A DNA stretch of 64,000 nucleotides from a virus (Duplodnaviria > Caudoviricetes): the IMG/VR virus record IMGVR_UViG_3300036713_000599. The stretch is one strand, 5' to 3'. Shown here in pieces: positions 38,201-48,600 of the stretch. The notes under the pieces were generated by a model. It was not told the origin of the DNA and ran no database searches. It was given only the letters and a program-made list of their open reading frames with translations. Numbering within the stretch: the first letter of the stretch is position 1; each line of letters begins with the position of its first letter. The position numbers were made by a program, and so were the translations under genes.

Positions 38201-41200
38201 CCGTATCTACATTCCAGGGGACGTTACGAGAACGTATGTTTCGGGAACCGTTACTTTGTTCACTGATGGTGGAACTGTTCTTGACTTCAATCGGGTGACC
38301 GGCTCCGTCTACGATTCCGATCTAGATCGGACAGAGGTTGTTCTGACTTCCAATGGTATCTCTCAGTACAACAACGGTACCATCACGCTCAAATACTCCA
38401 GTCGGCCTGTCTTGGACGGCACCGCTACCACGGCCACGACATCTAGTAGTCCGGTGTTGAGTGAACCGTTCCTTGTCTACCGGCGGGTAGAGGGGCAGGC
38501 GGGGGAGATCTTGAGCCAACCGGAGGGCTATAGCGTCAATGATAGTGGCCAGGTGATTCTAACTTCTCCGCTTCAGGAGTCGGAAGAGTTCGCCATCTTA
38601 TATACTGGTACGAACCTCATTGATGCAGGGCGAAGGGTGCGGGCGTCTTACACGCACTCGATTGTTCCTACGGACAACAACGGCATCAATGGGCAGATCT
38701 TGAAGGCGGACTACACAACGTATTTGCCGGACACGTTCTACTTCCGGGTGGAAACTTTTACCAATTTCCGAGCTGAGCTGGTTGAACAATATGAGGAGGA
38801 CGTCCAAGCGACTATCCCGACCGCGGGCCCTCGACTTGAAAATATGAGTCAGCTCCGGCTATACGAACAGGGACGCGAGTCGATATTTTTCACTGAAGGA
38901 AGACTTTTTAATGAGGACGAGGTAGCTAGACCGACACTGAAATACTTCAATGACGGGGTTAATTACCTTGAGGACGCCCTGCAACATATGGATGGTCGCG
39001 TCGTTGGTGGTCATGACGGCCGGTTCCTTTTTGACGGGCTCATTGATAACCCGACGAGGGACACGTACTCGGAAGTTACCAACCAGATCGACGACCTTTT
39101 GAAGATTGCTGAGCCCCCTCTCAAGTTCTCGCTTAATCCTTTCTCTTTTACGTGGATCGGGACTTACCAGGAAGCGTATAAGGCAGCAACTTCCAGTCGA
39201 TTCTATCCCACCTATCGCCGTCTCTTCAGCCCAGCCGTGGATGGAGCGGAAACAGGCGACACAATTGCTGAGACGGGTTTTACTAACCTCAGTTCTGTTC
39301 AGAGTGTCTCTCGTAGGCTTCCGTGGTCTATTGTGACTCAGGAAGCTCCTGCTGGTTCGTCAACCCTCGTCGTGGACTCTACTGAAGAGGAAGAAGATCT
39401 ACTTCGGCCAGCGTGGCCTGATCCAGCTACGGTTGACAGTATCTTGGTTATTCAGGGTCGTGATGGTTCGTGGCTCATTCCAGATGGCAGCCCTCCTAAT
39501 ACAGATCCAGCCCGAGATCTTAATTCAAAGACATCAGGTAGTCTGACTATTGCGGGCACCTTACCTTTAGATGTTCCTGTAGGTGCGACAGTTTACCACA
39601 TTCCTAATTATGACTCGACACATTCGCAGGCGCCGTCAAAGCCTTATCTTAGGACGTACCGTGTGGGGTTTGATGTTGGTGTGAATCTTGAGGACGGAGT
39701 TCTCACATACATTAAGCCATACCCTCCTTATGATGGCAGTTTCCCTTCTATTCCAGCGGAGCTGAAAATTCAACCTCCAGCTCAGGGTGAGTTTGTCGAC
39801 ATTGACGCTTATTTGGTCAATACGCTTACGAGTCCGTACCGTTTCCCAGCCCTTGATGGCGGGACTACAGATGATGACGGTAACAGAAGTTTTCCTTTGC
39901 TGACACCAGACCCCGAATCGGAGCTAGGATTGAGCAGGACGGTGAACGGTTCTGCTAGCCCTGACATTGGTGCGCTTCCTCTTCAGACGTCGAACATCAC
40001 TTCTATCCAGTCAATTACCACCGACGCATTGACTGGGACGGGGAGTCTGGATGCGACGAAGACTGTCCTCACGAATCTTGGCGGAGTCTGGGGTGCCCCT
40101 GTTCCTCAGATAGGTGACGTTGTCGCTATTTTGGATGGCCTTAACGGGCTGACCGATTATCACCAGGTCACGGCGGTGGGCGGTGATAATGTTACGGTTA
40201 GTCCGGCTTTTCTCGCACAAGATACGGGATTCAGTTGGGTCATGAGTGCGACCAGTTCTCTCGTGTTTGGGACGGGAACTCTTACGACGGCCACTCAGCT
40301 TGACGACGTTACTGGAGATTTCATCGCCAACGGGGTACAGGTGGGACATACAGTAGTTATCTCGTCCCTCCAGGAGAGGCGGCAGGTTGTGGCGGTCAAT
40401 TCGGCCACCCAGCTTTTTGTAGAGGCGTTTTCGGTGACGGGTGCGGTCACGTACAGGATTGATGATTCTGTTTTGACGTATGGAGGGACGGGAAGCTTCT
40501 TAGAGAAGGTCGTGGAGGAGCTAGACATCCAAGAGGATGCCCTTTTGAGTAATGCCCCTCCTACGAGGCCTTGGGCGCAAGTCGAAGCCTTAGAGAGGTT
40601 CATAGAGCACGTAGCGACTGATGTTTTCGTGTCTTCCAGTGGTCAGACGACAGCGGCATCCCCTTCACTCACTGACATGGCGGCCGACTTTACGGCATCA
40701 GGTGTAGATTCAACTCATTTCGTTTATGTCCGATCGGGACTGAACGCGGGTATTTACAGGATCGATCAGGTCACCAGCTCAACCACGCTTGATGTGGACA
40801 GCACGACGCCTTTTCCCGATACCACTGGAGCTTTGTCTTATCGCATTCTGGATGCCTATGGGGTGACTATTCTAACGCTGTCCGCTGCGGTACAGGCCCT
40901 CCTCAATGCGGACGCTGCTGTGGCGAGTCTTCAGACGTTCCGGACTCTTGTCACTACATCGGTTATAGTGGATGGGGACCCGGGAGCTTTCGCCAGAAGA
41001 ACAGTGTACTCGGACTTGAGCGGTCGATTAGCCGAGATAGCTTCTCGAACAACGGAGTTGACGGACCCGAGTACGGGCGACATTGTGGCTCTTGAGGACG
41101 CAATGTCGACGGGTGACCGTCTCTATGATGTGAGGATGACATGGATCGAGACAAGGACGAATTTGAGAATAGGGGTTCTGCCGAAAAAGGACAGGGCGGT

Positions 41201-41273
41201 GAACAATCGGGAGGAGGCTGCTCAGGAGACCCTGAGTCAGTTGACAAAGCTTCTGACGTTGAGGAATCTGTAG
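35253..41273 (+). CDS. Giant multi-domain baseplate/tail protein (2006 aa)
   Basis: GTG start after GAGGTG. It contains repeated beta modules (e.g. GTVEWDRGTGELRFS, GVVEVDRGTGAVQFS, GEVEIAEDTGEVNFS, and twice GDLLI/GDVVAI...GVY.V.AV). Confidence 0.75.
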   Translation: MGGLSITGYVLEPPRVGAANSAFTSTPNVYISNQAAFDAAYPSNESAPRTEYHVFVLVDGDFPDCTFCWTKNEIVNRFDYDGRQQRFRTLPGSVLDELGDLGPDSNTNRLVVAIPASSDLVLDPVRVSVGSGIGTAFTVVLVALDVDLNNPDPPVGTVQISQESGSLGWAPADLGTFNVQPVRFQRQSFYTRSESSGRLGAIEDTLLLNPLPATGQFPLIRIGFQEYLTPVEVASLGLPASGTVEWDRGTGELRFSATDAATYAGEFVYYDGSVFSFGQTVSVTALGTVGSPGSLSPVPPEESDLFFRVPGVVQFAETTYVGSFSATGKRGVVEVDRGTGAVQFSAADQAAYGSESVQAIVADLDVERGMTLRMFRTPVDLAATDPTTIDVTAFHSTEGASWADPVIGAPSVNLPATPVEGRPLEVRIAQGTGTFPAGTFPDLDVASPPSGYGYVFDLDEGVLNYARRQNGQIVSASSVGNFRLRVSGPYGSLQLPNPLVFEEQFALELEDTAGGGAAYPSTVGWTNLVLGETALFDYTSGLITFVNTEGVLYANGGGDFSGTIFTDTDQDFVAAGVQSGDLLIVTTGVAQGVYTVDAVGTTSLTVDVSGGVESDLVYEVRRGSEILADRYFENISDVDPNTVVERLINMGVTQAGSSIDTTYIDSYRFRFGTSTFSTSVTKVANAGAFTPPASLGAGEVEIAEDTGEVNFSQTDIDAGFDVYSARALTLGVDYEIQSALGLISFTDRMLENEEVFVTYAVLDEDNKVIVEERGRFIVRKEVTQDHPSATDTLGFNPLGREIADEPSPEAFRGGRPQSSSQVTFDLTASTVRFLSDSQVTDALPHGSSVQPTERVYVDYYVYGAVGGEKNFTVLRAPMFGPVVNIEADETEFTVIGDRTSDLISNRLMRLDGTEIYLIGASTYNLTNDTTTVVLASPQVFRSDLLNPSVEVTSGEVRVNTVGFFPSYFVTEISSWPAVPRGANRIYIPGDVTRTYVSGTVTLFTDGGTVLDFNRVTGSVYDSDLDRTEVVLTSNGISQYNNGTITLKYSSRPVLDGTATTATTSSSPVLSEPFLVYRRVEGQAGEILSQPEGYSVNDSGQVILTSPLQESEEFAILYTGTNLIDAGRRVRASYTHSIVPTDNNGINGQILKADYTTYLPDTFYFRVETFTNFRAELVEQYEEDVQATIPTAGPRLENMSQLRLYEQGRESIFFTEGRLFNEDEVARPTLKYFNDGVNYLEDALQHMDGRVVGGHDGRFLFDGLIDNPTRDTYSEVTNQIDDLLKIAEPPLKFSLNPFSFTWIGTYQEAYKAATSSRFYPTYRRLFSPAVDGAETGDTIAETGFTNLSSVQSVSRRLPWSIVTQEAPAGSSTLVVDSTEEEEDLLRPAWPDPATVDSILVIQGRDGSWLIPDGSPPNTDPARDLNSKTSGSLTIAGTLPLDVPVGATVYHIPNYDSTHSQAPSKPYLRTYRVGFDVGVNLEDGVLTYIKPYPPYDGSFPSIPAELKIQPPAQGEFVDIDAYLVNTLTSPYRFPALDGGTTDDDGNRSFPLLTPDPESELGLSRTVNGSASPDIGALPLQTSNITSIQSITTDALTGTGSLDATKTVLTNLGGVWGAPVPQIGDVVAILDGLNGLTDYHQVTAVGGDNVTVSPAFLAQDTGFSWVMSATSSLVFGTGTLTTATQLDDVTGDFIANGVQVGHTVVISSLQERRQVVAVNSATQLFVEAFSVTGAVTYRIDDSVLTYGGTGSFLEKVVEELDIQEDALLSNAPPTRPWAQVEALERFIEHVATDVFVSSSGQTTAASPSLTDMAADFTASGVDSTHFVYVRSGLNAGIYRIDQVTSSTTLDVDSTTPFPDTTGALSYRILDAYGVTILTLSAAVQALLNADAAVASLQTFRTLVTTSVIVDGDPGAFARRTVYSDLSGRLAEIASRTTELTDPSTGDIVALEDAMSTGDRLYDVRMTWIETRTNLRIGVLPKKDRAVNNREEAAQETLSQLTKLLTLRNL

Positions 41274-41425
41274 ATGATGGTCGACCTACGCCTGAATGGA
41301 AATTCAGGGAAAAGTTGCCCATCAATGATCGGATGTCCGACGTTATCCAGAAAACTGTTAAGGCGGCGGAGTACCAGCTTGAGAAAGAGCGGCGGAGACT
41401 TCGTAAGCTACAATACGGTTCCTAG
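41141..41425 (+). CDS. Small protein overlapping the 3' end of the 2006-aa gene by 133 nt (start uncertain)
   Basis: GAGGA lies upstream of ATG 41141. The C-terminal half (EWKFREKLPINDRMSDVIQKTVKAAEYQLEKERRRLRKLQYG) fills the otherwise empty 41274-41436 gap and looks helical and protein-like. Confidence 0.5.
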   Translation: MDRDKDEFENRGSAEKGQGGEQSGGGCSGDPESVDKASDVEESVDDGRPTPEWKFREKLPINDRMSDVIQKTVKAAEYQLEKERRRLRKLQYGS

Positions 41426-41436
41426 GAAGGTGGCAA

Positions 41437-43671
41437 ATGGCTGACTGGAAGTCCTTCACTATACAAGTTCCGGGCAAGGACTTCATGGAGCCTGTCCGGG
41501 ATGTCCTGGAGAGTCTCCTTATCTACTTGGAGGTTCTCAAGGCCATTCTGGAGACGATCAAGTTGTTCTTGGTCGATTTTGGCAATCCCATCAGGGCTCT
41601 TGTCGAGGCTTTGATCAAGCTCATTGAGGAGTTGTTCCTTGCTTTAAAGCAGAGCGGCTTTTTCATGTATCTCGATGTGCCCAACCCGATAGATGACCCC
41701 AATTTCGACTGGACAAGGGGAGGCTATCCTGCTTTCGTGAACCGTTTTAAAGCGAGCTTGTTTGACAGCAAGGACTTCAATCGACCGCAGCCGAGGGGCT
41801 CCAATAAGGGCGGATTTGTTCTTCTCATGGTCGATGCGACCACTCCGTGGCAGCTTATACAGGCCGTTGCTCGTCTTCTGTCCTTTTTTGGGAAAGGCTT
41901 CGAGCGACCCCAGTATCTCGCCCCGAATAATTTCAAGGTCTTGCCTGTGGGGGCAGACGGGGATCCTATTCTCGCAGCAGCGAATGTTTTTACCTCGGGA
42001 CCGATTGAATCTATCCAGCTTCAGTGGACGCCCCCCACCACTCAAGAAAGTCCTGACTCTGGCTTCGAAGATGTCATACAGAAGGTGTACCGCGAGTTAG
42101 TCCCGCCATCCTTCCTAATCGGCCGATCAACGATCAATCCTGCTTCTCGTCGGATCGATATCTCGGACTTAGGTACTCCTGAGGCAGTGGGTATCGTCGA
42201 GTTCGATCGGGAGACGGAGATCCGAGCCTCGAACGGGCAGCGGGCCACGCGGAGAGAGGTTCTTCGAGACGATAGTGGGGAACCTGTTATCAAGTTTGAA
42301 AGCTACCTTGTTGCCCCCATTGGTACCCGGCTTCTTGGGGCTGCCGGTAAGTATCGATTTCTTGACAATAATGTCGTGACTGATGAGGACTACTACTACC
42401 AGGTTCGAGCCTTTATCGGAAGCCTTGATTACAACGAGGAAACTGGTCAAATCAACTTCCCAACCTCAGTAGATGCCCTACAGATCTCCAAGCACGGCAA
42501 CAATACGTCAATCCCCGTCATGCCCTGGCCGGCGACGTCTTCGAATTTGGCGGACGTTGTGTCTATGGGTCTCCCTACTCTTACCCTTAAGACGCGGATT
42601 CCAGTCGATGTGGGGGACTTTGACGTCATCGAGAACCTTACGGCACTTTTTGAGGTGGCCTTCTCACTTGACTTCCACGAAGAACTTCCAGTAGACGAAG
42701 AAGGCAGATCTATATATTCGTTCGATCAAGACGGCCTACCTCTTGGCACGGAAACGCCTAACTCAGCTATAGGTAAGGGGAGCCTAACAAGTGTGTCGGG
42801 TATTCTAGCTGGGCTTCCTTCGCTTCCAATTCTTAATCTTCTTCAAGATTTGGAGGCACTTGGGAAGAGCTACCAACCGGACGAGATTTCAGGAACGTAT
42901 CCTGACATGCCGTGGACAACGTTCAATGTACAGAGGCGAGCGGCCCAACTTGCTGACGCGGTTGGGACGGCTATGCTCCAGGCCGGGACTGTTTCGGCAT
43001 TTCGTGACATTATGCGTTCACTGCCGAGAGGGCAGATTGATGTCATTCATCTGTCTGACCTCGACACTTTGGAAGAGGTGGTTTTCCGAGCTACTGAGTC
43101 TGAGGATTACGTGATTCCTGGGTCATTCCTCGATGTAGAGACGCGTGCGACATTTGAATCGGTTAAAGTATATGTGGAGGGTTACGCTGATGTCACGTAC
43201 CGATTGAGCATTCTTGATGTGATCAATTTCATCAAGAGTTTTACCCTTGGGGGAGTACCGCCAGACTGGATCAGCGTCGCCCCATTGAGGGATATCATTC
43301 CGTGGTCGGGTAGTTTCTTGTATGATCTTTTGGACAAAATTCAGGCGCTGCTTGATGCATTCAACGGAGTAATACAGGAAATTCGTGATTTTATTGATTT
43401 GGTTATTCGGAAAATCGAGGTTCTAGAGGAATTCATAGAGTTCCTGATAAGCTTGCTTGATTTTATAGAGTCCTTGGAAATTGGGGCATTCGTCCTGAAT
43501 TCAGGAGACGTCGAGGGCACGGCTACTGCTTGGGTGAATGTCTTGGACACTGCCGGAGGTACTTTACCTGCCACTGGAGCGGCAGGTTATTCTGCGGGTG
43601 TGGGTTTAGCTTATGTGGCTCCTGATGTGGAGGCTTTCCGGGAAGCTTTCGATATTATTTTTGGAAGTTGA
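41437..43671 (+). CDS. Baseplate-associated protein with amphipathic helical ends and a central Fn3-like domain
   Basis: 744 aa with RBS GGAAGG. Both termini have long amphipathic helices. The central beta segment is YRFLDNNVVTDEDYYYQVRAF. Confidence 0.6.
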   Translation: MADWKSFTIQVPGKDFMEPVRDVLESLLIYLEVLKAILETIKLFLVDFGNPIRALVEALIKLIEELFLALKQSGFFMYLDVPNPIDDPNFDWTRGGYPAFVNRFKASLFDSKDFNRPQPRGSNKGGFVLLMVDATTPWQLIQAVARLLSFFGKGFERPQYLAPNNFKVLPVGADGDPILAAANVFTSGPIESIQLQWTPPTTQESPDSGFEDVIQKVYRELVPPSFLIGRSTINPASRRIDISDLGTPEAVGIVEFDRETEIRASNGQRATRREVLRDDSGEPVIKFESYLVAPIGTRLLGAAGKYRFLDNNVVTDEDYYYQVRAFIGSLDYNEETGQINFPTSVDALQISKHGNNTSIPVMPWPATSSNLADVVSMGLPTLTLKTRIPVDVGDFDVIENLTALFEVAFSLDFHEELPVDEEGRSIYSFDQDGLPLGTETPNSAIGKGSLTSVSGILAGLPSLPILNLLQDLEALGKSYQPDEISGTYPDMPWTTFNVQRRAAQLADAVGTAMLQAGTVSAFRDIMRSLPRGQIDVIHLSDLDTLEEVVFRATESEDYVIPGSFLDVETRATFESVKVYVEGYADVTYRLSILDVINFIKSFTLGGVPPDWISVAPLRDIIPWSGSFLYDLLDKIQALLDAFNGVIQEIRDFIDLVIRKIEVLEEFIEFLISLLDFIESLEIGAFVLNSGDVEGTATAWVNVLDTAGGTLPATGAAGYSAGVGLAYVAPDVEAFREAFDIIFGS

Positions 43672-43700
43672 GGATCATTTTGGGTACGGACTAGGTAAAC

Positions 43701-44474
43701 ATGTTTGAGTTTAAGGGAACCTTCAATCAGAGTCAGTTTGAACGATTCCTTGCGTTTGCTCGGGCTCAGTTGCCCCTTGTCAATGCTCGTGTGAATCATA
43801 TTGATGCGGAAATAGCCCGTATTGGCATCGTCTTTTTTAAGTTGGACAGGGGTGTGGCTCAAGGGTACTCCGCCCGTCCCTCTGGATCTTACCTTGCGAA
43901 ACTTCTCGCCGCTTATGAGGTTCTTGGAGGTAACCCTCTGATCGATCTACGTCTTCGTCTAAAAACGAATCCTGTTCATTTTGTCCGAGGCGATGAATCT
44001 ACAGGAGGGTCTCAGTACACTTCCGGAGGGGAGCCCATTGGAGGTAAGGGTCTAATCGACGGCCCTACTTCCCTTCTGATGGATCAGGCTCGGGGATGGC
44101 TGGATGACACATTACATTATAGGTTCGCTAGACTAGAGCGGAAAATTCGCAGAGCCTTGGATTATGCTGACCAGCTCCAAGAAGAAAAACAGAATCTTGT
44201 GGTGTTGCAGCTTGCTGCGAGCACAGAGGGTTCGCTGGAATACATTGCTGCTCGAATCCAAGAACATTTGTCGGACCCCAATTACCGCCCCTGCTATAAT
44301 GACCAGTTTCAGGGTAAACGTGATCCTGAAGGTAAGCTCGTCTATGCGAAGTACGCCGCCTACGACATCGACGAACCTTTGTTCCCTAATATGGGTGGTA
44401 CTCGCACTGCTACCTCTCCGCAAAAGCAGGGCAGCGGTGTATATGAGCCTGGTGAGGGAGGGCGGAACACATGA
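43701..44474 (+). CDS. Hypothetical baseplate-region protein
   Basis: 257 aa, helical. It overlaps the next gene (ATGA). Confidence 0.6.
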   Translation: MFEFKGTFNQSQFERFLAFARAQLPLVNARVNHIDAEIARIGIVFFKLDRGVAQGYSARPSGSYLAKLLAAYEVLGGNPLIDLRLRLKTNPVHFVRGDESTGGSQYTSGGEPIGGKGLIDGPTSLLMDQARGWLDDTLHYRFARLERKIRRALDYADQLQEEKQNLVVLQLAASTEGSLEYIAARIQEHLSDPNYRPCYNDQFQGKRDPEGKLVYAKYAAYDIDEPLFPNMGGTRTATSPQKQGSGVYEPGEGGRNT

Positions 44475-45610
44475 GCTACGACCGTAAGATCGACAGAGTT
44501 TGTTCACATCAGGTTGTCGAAGAGGCGTTGTTTTTTGGAAACGACCGTACGACGGTTCAGCCACTTCGGCCAGTAGGTGCGATTCAGTCGATGAAGGTGC
44601 GGTTCAATGGCCTCATGGATGTTCCTTCTGAGGGGGCTAGGGTTGCGGCACAAGCTATTGCTTCTAACAAAGGTCCTTTTGATATTCAGGCGGGCGTGAA
44701 CGACACTTTTGTGGTTCTTGTTAATGGGCGAGAGCAGACGGTCACGGTAACACCAGGGTCTCAGCTCACTGCTGGTCAGGTAGCCTTTGACCTGAATCGG
44801 TTGGTGAGCCAAGCAATCTTCTATGTTTCCAACAAGGGACGTATCCGAATGCGAACGGGCCTTAAGGGCAGCAAGGCCTCTCTGTTCATAAGGTCGTCCA
44901 GCACATTGGCTGCGACGTTGGGATTTACGATGGATCGTATGTGGAGGGGCCAAACAATTATCCCTGGCTGGAGCTTGGTACGAGACCCCAATACTTTGAA
45001 TGATCGTCCTTCTCGATTCGTGGTGTTCGATTCCCCTGCTAGTGGCACGAGTGACTTCGTTGAGTTGACCTACACTACTATTCGGCAAGAGTGTCGTCGC
45101 TGTGGTGGAACTGGGGTCGAAAATGATTGGGTTTACGGCTCTACCGGCGAGGTCGTCCAAGTGAGGGACGAAGCCTTACTGATTCAAGAAATTCTGAAGA
45201 TGGCCTACACGGAGAGAGGAAGTAATCCTTTCCATGAGTGGTATGGGTCAAACTTGCTCCGGACCATAGGTAAGAAAATTAGCAGTAGTGGGCTTGTGCA
45301 AAACCTCGTCGTGGCGGATATCAGTGAGGCTTTTCGTCGTTGGCAGGCCATTAAGCGTAAGCAGGAAGAGGAAGTAGGGCAGGTTGTCACGGACTCGGAA
45401 TTCCCCTTCCGTTTGCTTAACATTTCGCTTATACAGAGTCAGCAGGACCCGACGGTCATGTTTGTGGATGCGACGGTACAAAACCGATCACGGCAACCTA
45501 TTCAAATTGAACGGGGAATCAAGGTCCCCGGGCCCGTTGATCTTCTTGGGGCAACAGCACAACAAGGGGTCTTCCGCCAATCCCTTTCGGACTACACGCT
45601 CATAGGATAG
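44471..45610 (+). CDS. Baseplate wedge / sheath-initiator protein (gp25/gpW-like C-terminal domain)
   Basis: 379 aa. The segment DEALLIQEILKMAYTERGSNPFHEWYGSNL is the gp25 signature, preceded by CRRCGGTG. Confidence 0.8.
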   Translation: MSYDRKIDRVCSHQVVEEALFFGNDRTTVQPLRPVGAIQSMKVRFNGLMDVPSEGARVAAQAIASNKGPFDIQAGVNDTFVVLVNGREQTVTVTPGSQLTAGQVAFDLNRLVSQAIFYVSNKGRIRMRTGLKGSKASLFIRSSSTLAATLGFTMDRMWRGQTIIPGWSLVRDPNTLNDRPSRFVVFDSPASGTSDFVELTYTTIRQECRRCGGTGVENDWVYGSTGEVVQVRDEALLIQEILKMAYTERGSNPFHEWYGSNLLRTIGKKISSSGLVQNLVVADISEAFRRWQAIKRKQEEEVGQVVTDSEFPFRLLNISLIQSQQDPTVMFVDATVQNRSRQPIQIERGIKVPGPVDLLGATAQQGVFRQSLSDYTLIG

Positions 45611-45614
45611 TAGG

Positions 45615-48600
45615 ATGACGATAGCTCCTCAGATCAATCTTAGAGACGGCTCAGGGTCGGCCCAGGATGTAGTTTTTACCACGAACTTGAGGCATATTAC
45701 CCTGACGGGGACGATTGACACAAATATCGTCGACCTTCAGGTGTCTCTTAATGGGGGGACTTTTGTTTCAGACCCTACCCTTGTACTGCTTGATGGTGCC
45801 TCTTGGACTTTCCCGAATCCTGCTTCATATCCTGACGGGTATCCTCTGGAAATAGGGTTAAATACTGCACAGTTTCGGGGTATTGATCTTGTCGGGAGCC
45901 TTAGTCCTACGGCGTCTGTGGAAATGACTCGGGTTGATGAGGTCACCCAAGAGGTCAGCATTCCTAGTGGAGTAAAAATTCGCAGGCGTCGAGACACTGT
46001 TGATGTCTTGGCATCTCGACCTGTGGTGGCTGCAAATGCGACCACAGGTCTGGAAGTTAGTGGGTTCGAGTTCCGTGGGTTCAATATTTACGCGTCTACG
46101 TCTCCAGGAGGCACTACTGGCTACTTCAGGATTAATGAGTCTGTCGTTACAGGAGCTTCGACGTACTATGAAGAGGAGTTGGTTGATGTAGCCACTGACA
46201 GTCTATCGTTTACGGCTACTACAACAAACGTTCGAATCTTGATTACCGAGGAAAACCCTTTCGGTGAGACTGTTACAACCCTCGTGGACAATCTTGTAGA
46301 TGTGTTTGGGTACGCAGACACTTTGCAAACAAATTATTCTCTTCAGGAAGCAATCCGTACCGAGTACATTTTCTTTCGGCACAATAGGGCTGGTGGTGCA
46401 GGGATTATCAATTCTGACCAGTTCTCAGATGTGGAGGACAGTGATCCGCTGTACTATGTTGTGACAGCTGTCTACTATGACCCTACCCAGAGAATTGAGT
46501 TCGAAACCCCTTACAGTCAAGAGATTCTGGGTAAGCCTCTGATCATAGACACTACACTCAGAGATTTACCTGATCGGACACAGCTTCAAGTCTCACTTAG
46601 TTTTCTTGATGCGATTCAACGAGTTAACGAGGAAATTAGTCTCGTTCCTGGTTCCACGACCCGAGATGTGTCGATCGACCCGTTTGCGTCTGAGGCCGAG
46701 AGAATTTGGTTCATCCTCGACTTCGTGCACAGGTCGCAGAGCTTCCTCACTCTCATGTCTGTTGATGACGCCAACGGGGACGAGGTGTCCGATGCTGTTG
46801 AGTCTTCCTCGTACAAGTCGGCGATCAAAGCAGCCCTGGGCTTCACGACGGATATTGCTGTCCAGCAGCTTATTGATACGCAGTTTGAGAAGTTAGCTGG
46901 CAACTTTCAACGTAGACGACTTGCGGGCAGGTCAGCTACGGGTCAGGTTGTGTTTTTCGCAACCACGAGGCCCACGCAAGACATTGTCGTCGTATCAGGC
47001 ACCGTTGCTTTCACCTCAGACGGGGTCCGTTTTCTTGTGAGCGGTACGTATGTTTTACCAGCAGCGGACGCGGACGCTTACTACAACTTCGACACGCAGC
47101 GTTATGAGCTAATTGCTGCGATTACGGCAGAGACTCCTGGAGCTAATGGTAATGTGCCTGCAGGCACTATCACGGGTTTCCAGTCGACTTCTTCGACAGG
47201 TAACGTAAGCGTCACGAACACTGAGGCTACTGTTTTTGGCACGGATCGGGAAAGTAACCACGATTTGGCTGTTAGGGCACAGCTTGGCTTCGTGTCGGTC
47301 GATAAGGGCACAGAGGGGGGTTATGCGGCGACCGCGGCTGAGCAGGTAGGCATTGTTCGAGCTAAGATTGTGAAGTCCGGTGATGCCCTCATGATGCGGG
47401 ACTACGATGATGTCCGAGGGAAACATATTGGCGGTAAGGTCGATGTGTGGGTCCAGGGCATCCGAGAGAGGACTGTCACTGAGACATTTGCTTTCGCTTT
47501 TGAGGTTCTTCGTGACACCCAGTGCCAAATTGTGGATGCGGCTAATCTCATTTTTCGTGTGACAGCGTCGGAAGTTGCCGACGAAACCCCTCTTGTGGAA
47601 ATCTTGGATAATTCCGCTCAAGGGCTCGGGGTTCGAAATGTTACTCAAGGGATCGATTACGACCTCACAGGCGTGACTATCGTCGACTATCAAACGTTCC
47701 AGGTAAACTCAGGTATCCAGACGTTTACCACTGCGGTTGACGACGTTATTCGAGCGGATGTTCGATACCGTAGCGTCAATAGGTTTACCCCGACACTACA
47801 GCCTGTAAGAAGAGTTACGTCTGTTGTGGGGGAGGTGTCGGGGACTTTGTCTACTACAGAGGGCTATGACTTGTACAAGACGGAGGACCCTCTGTGGAAC
47901 GGAGAAAGTACTATTGCCCGGGACTACATCTCTATCAATCAGGTGGGTGGAGTACCGTCTGGTGACGTCATTACGGTGAACAACGAAACGCACGTTATGG
48001 TTGGTTTCTTTCAGGAGAAGCTCGCATCTATCGGTATCAATACGGCAACTCTCAGAGTATTTTCTGAGGACAGGATGACTGAATACGACGGCCCTGGTAC
48101 GACGGCCCCCGACTTTGAAATCGTTGAGGGCACAGCAATTACACCAGCCTCCATTGTTCGTACGACTACTTCAGCTATCGTTAGCGGTCAGACGGTGAGT
48201 GTTGATTACGATCACGATGAGAACTTTGTCGTGACGTACGTCATCAATGACTTGCTTCAGGAGTTTCAGCGATCTCTGAATACACAGCGTCACACGACGG
48301 CGGATGTTCTCGCCAAACAAACTATTTTGAACTCGGTCGACTTGGAGACAACTATCCAGCTTAAGTCAGGGGCATCCAAAGACTCTACTGATCCTCTTGT
48401 TCGCACCAGCGTCTCGACTGAGTTGAACCAGAAGCTCATTGGGCAAGGTTCGGCTCAATCGGACCTGATTAATGCCATAGATTCCACTAAGGGGGTGGAC
48501 TTCCAGGTTATTCCTCTCGCCAAGATGGGTTACGCAGACGGTTCACAGAAAATGCGAGAACGTCTCTTCAATTCTTATGCTCGTGTCTCTTCTCTTGATT

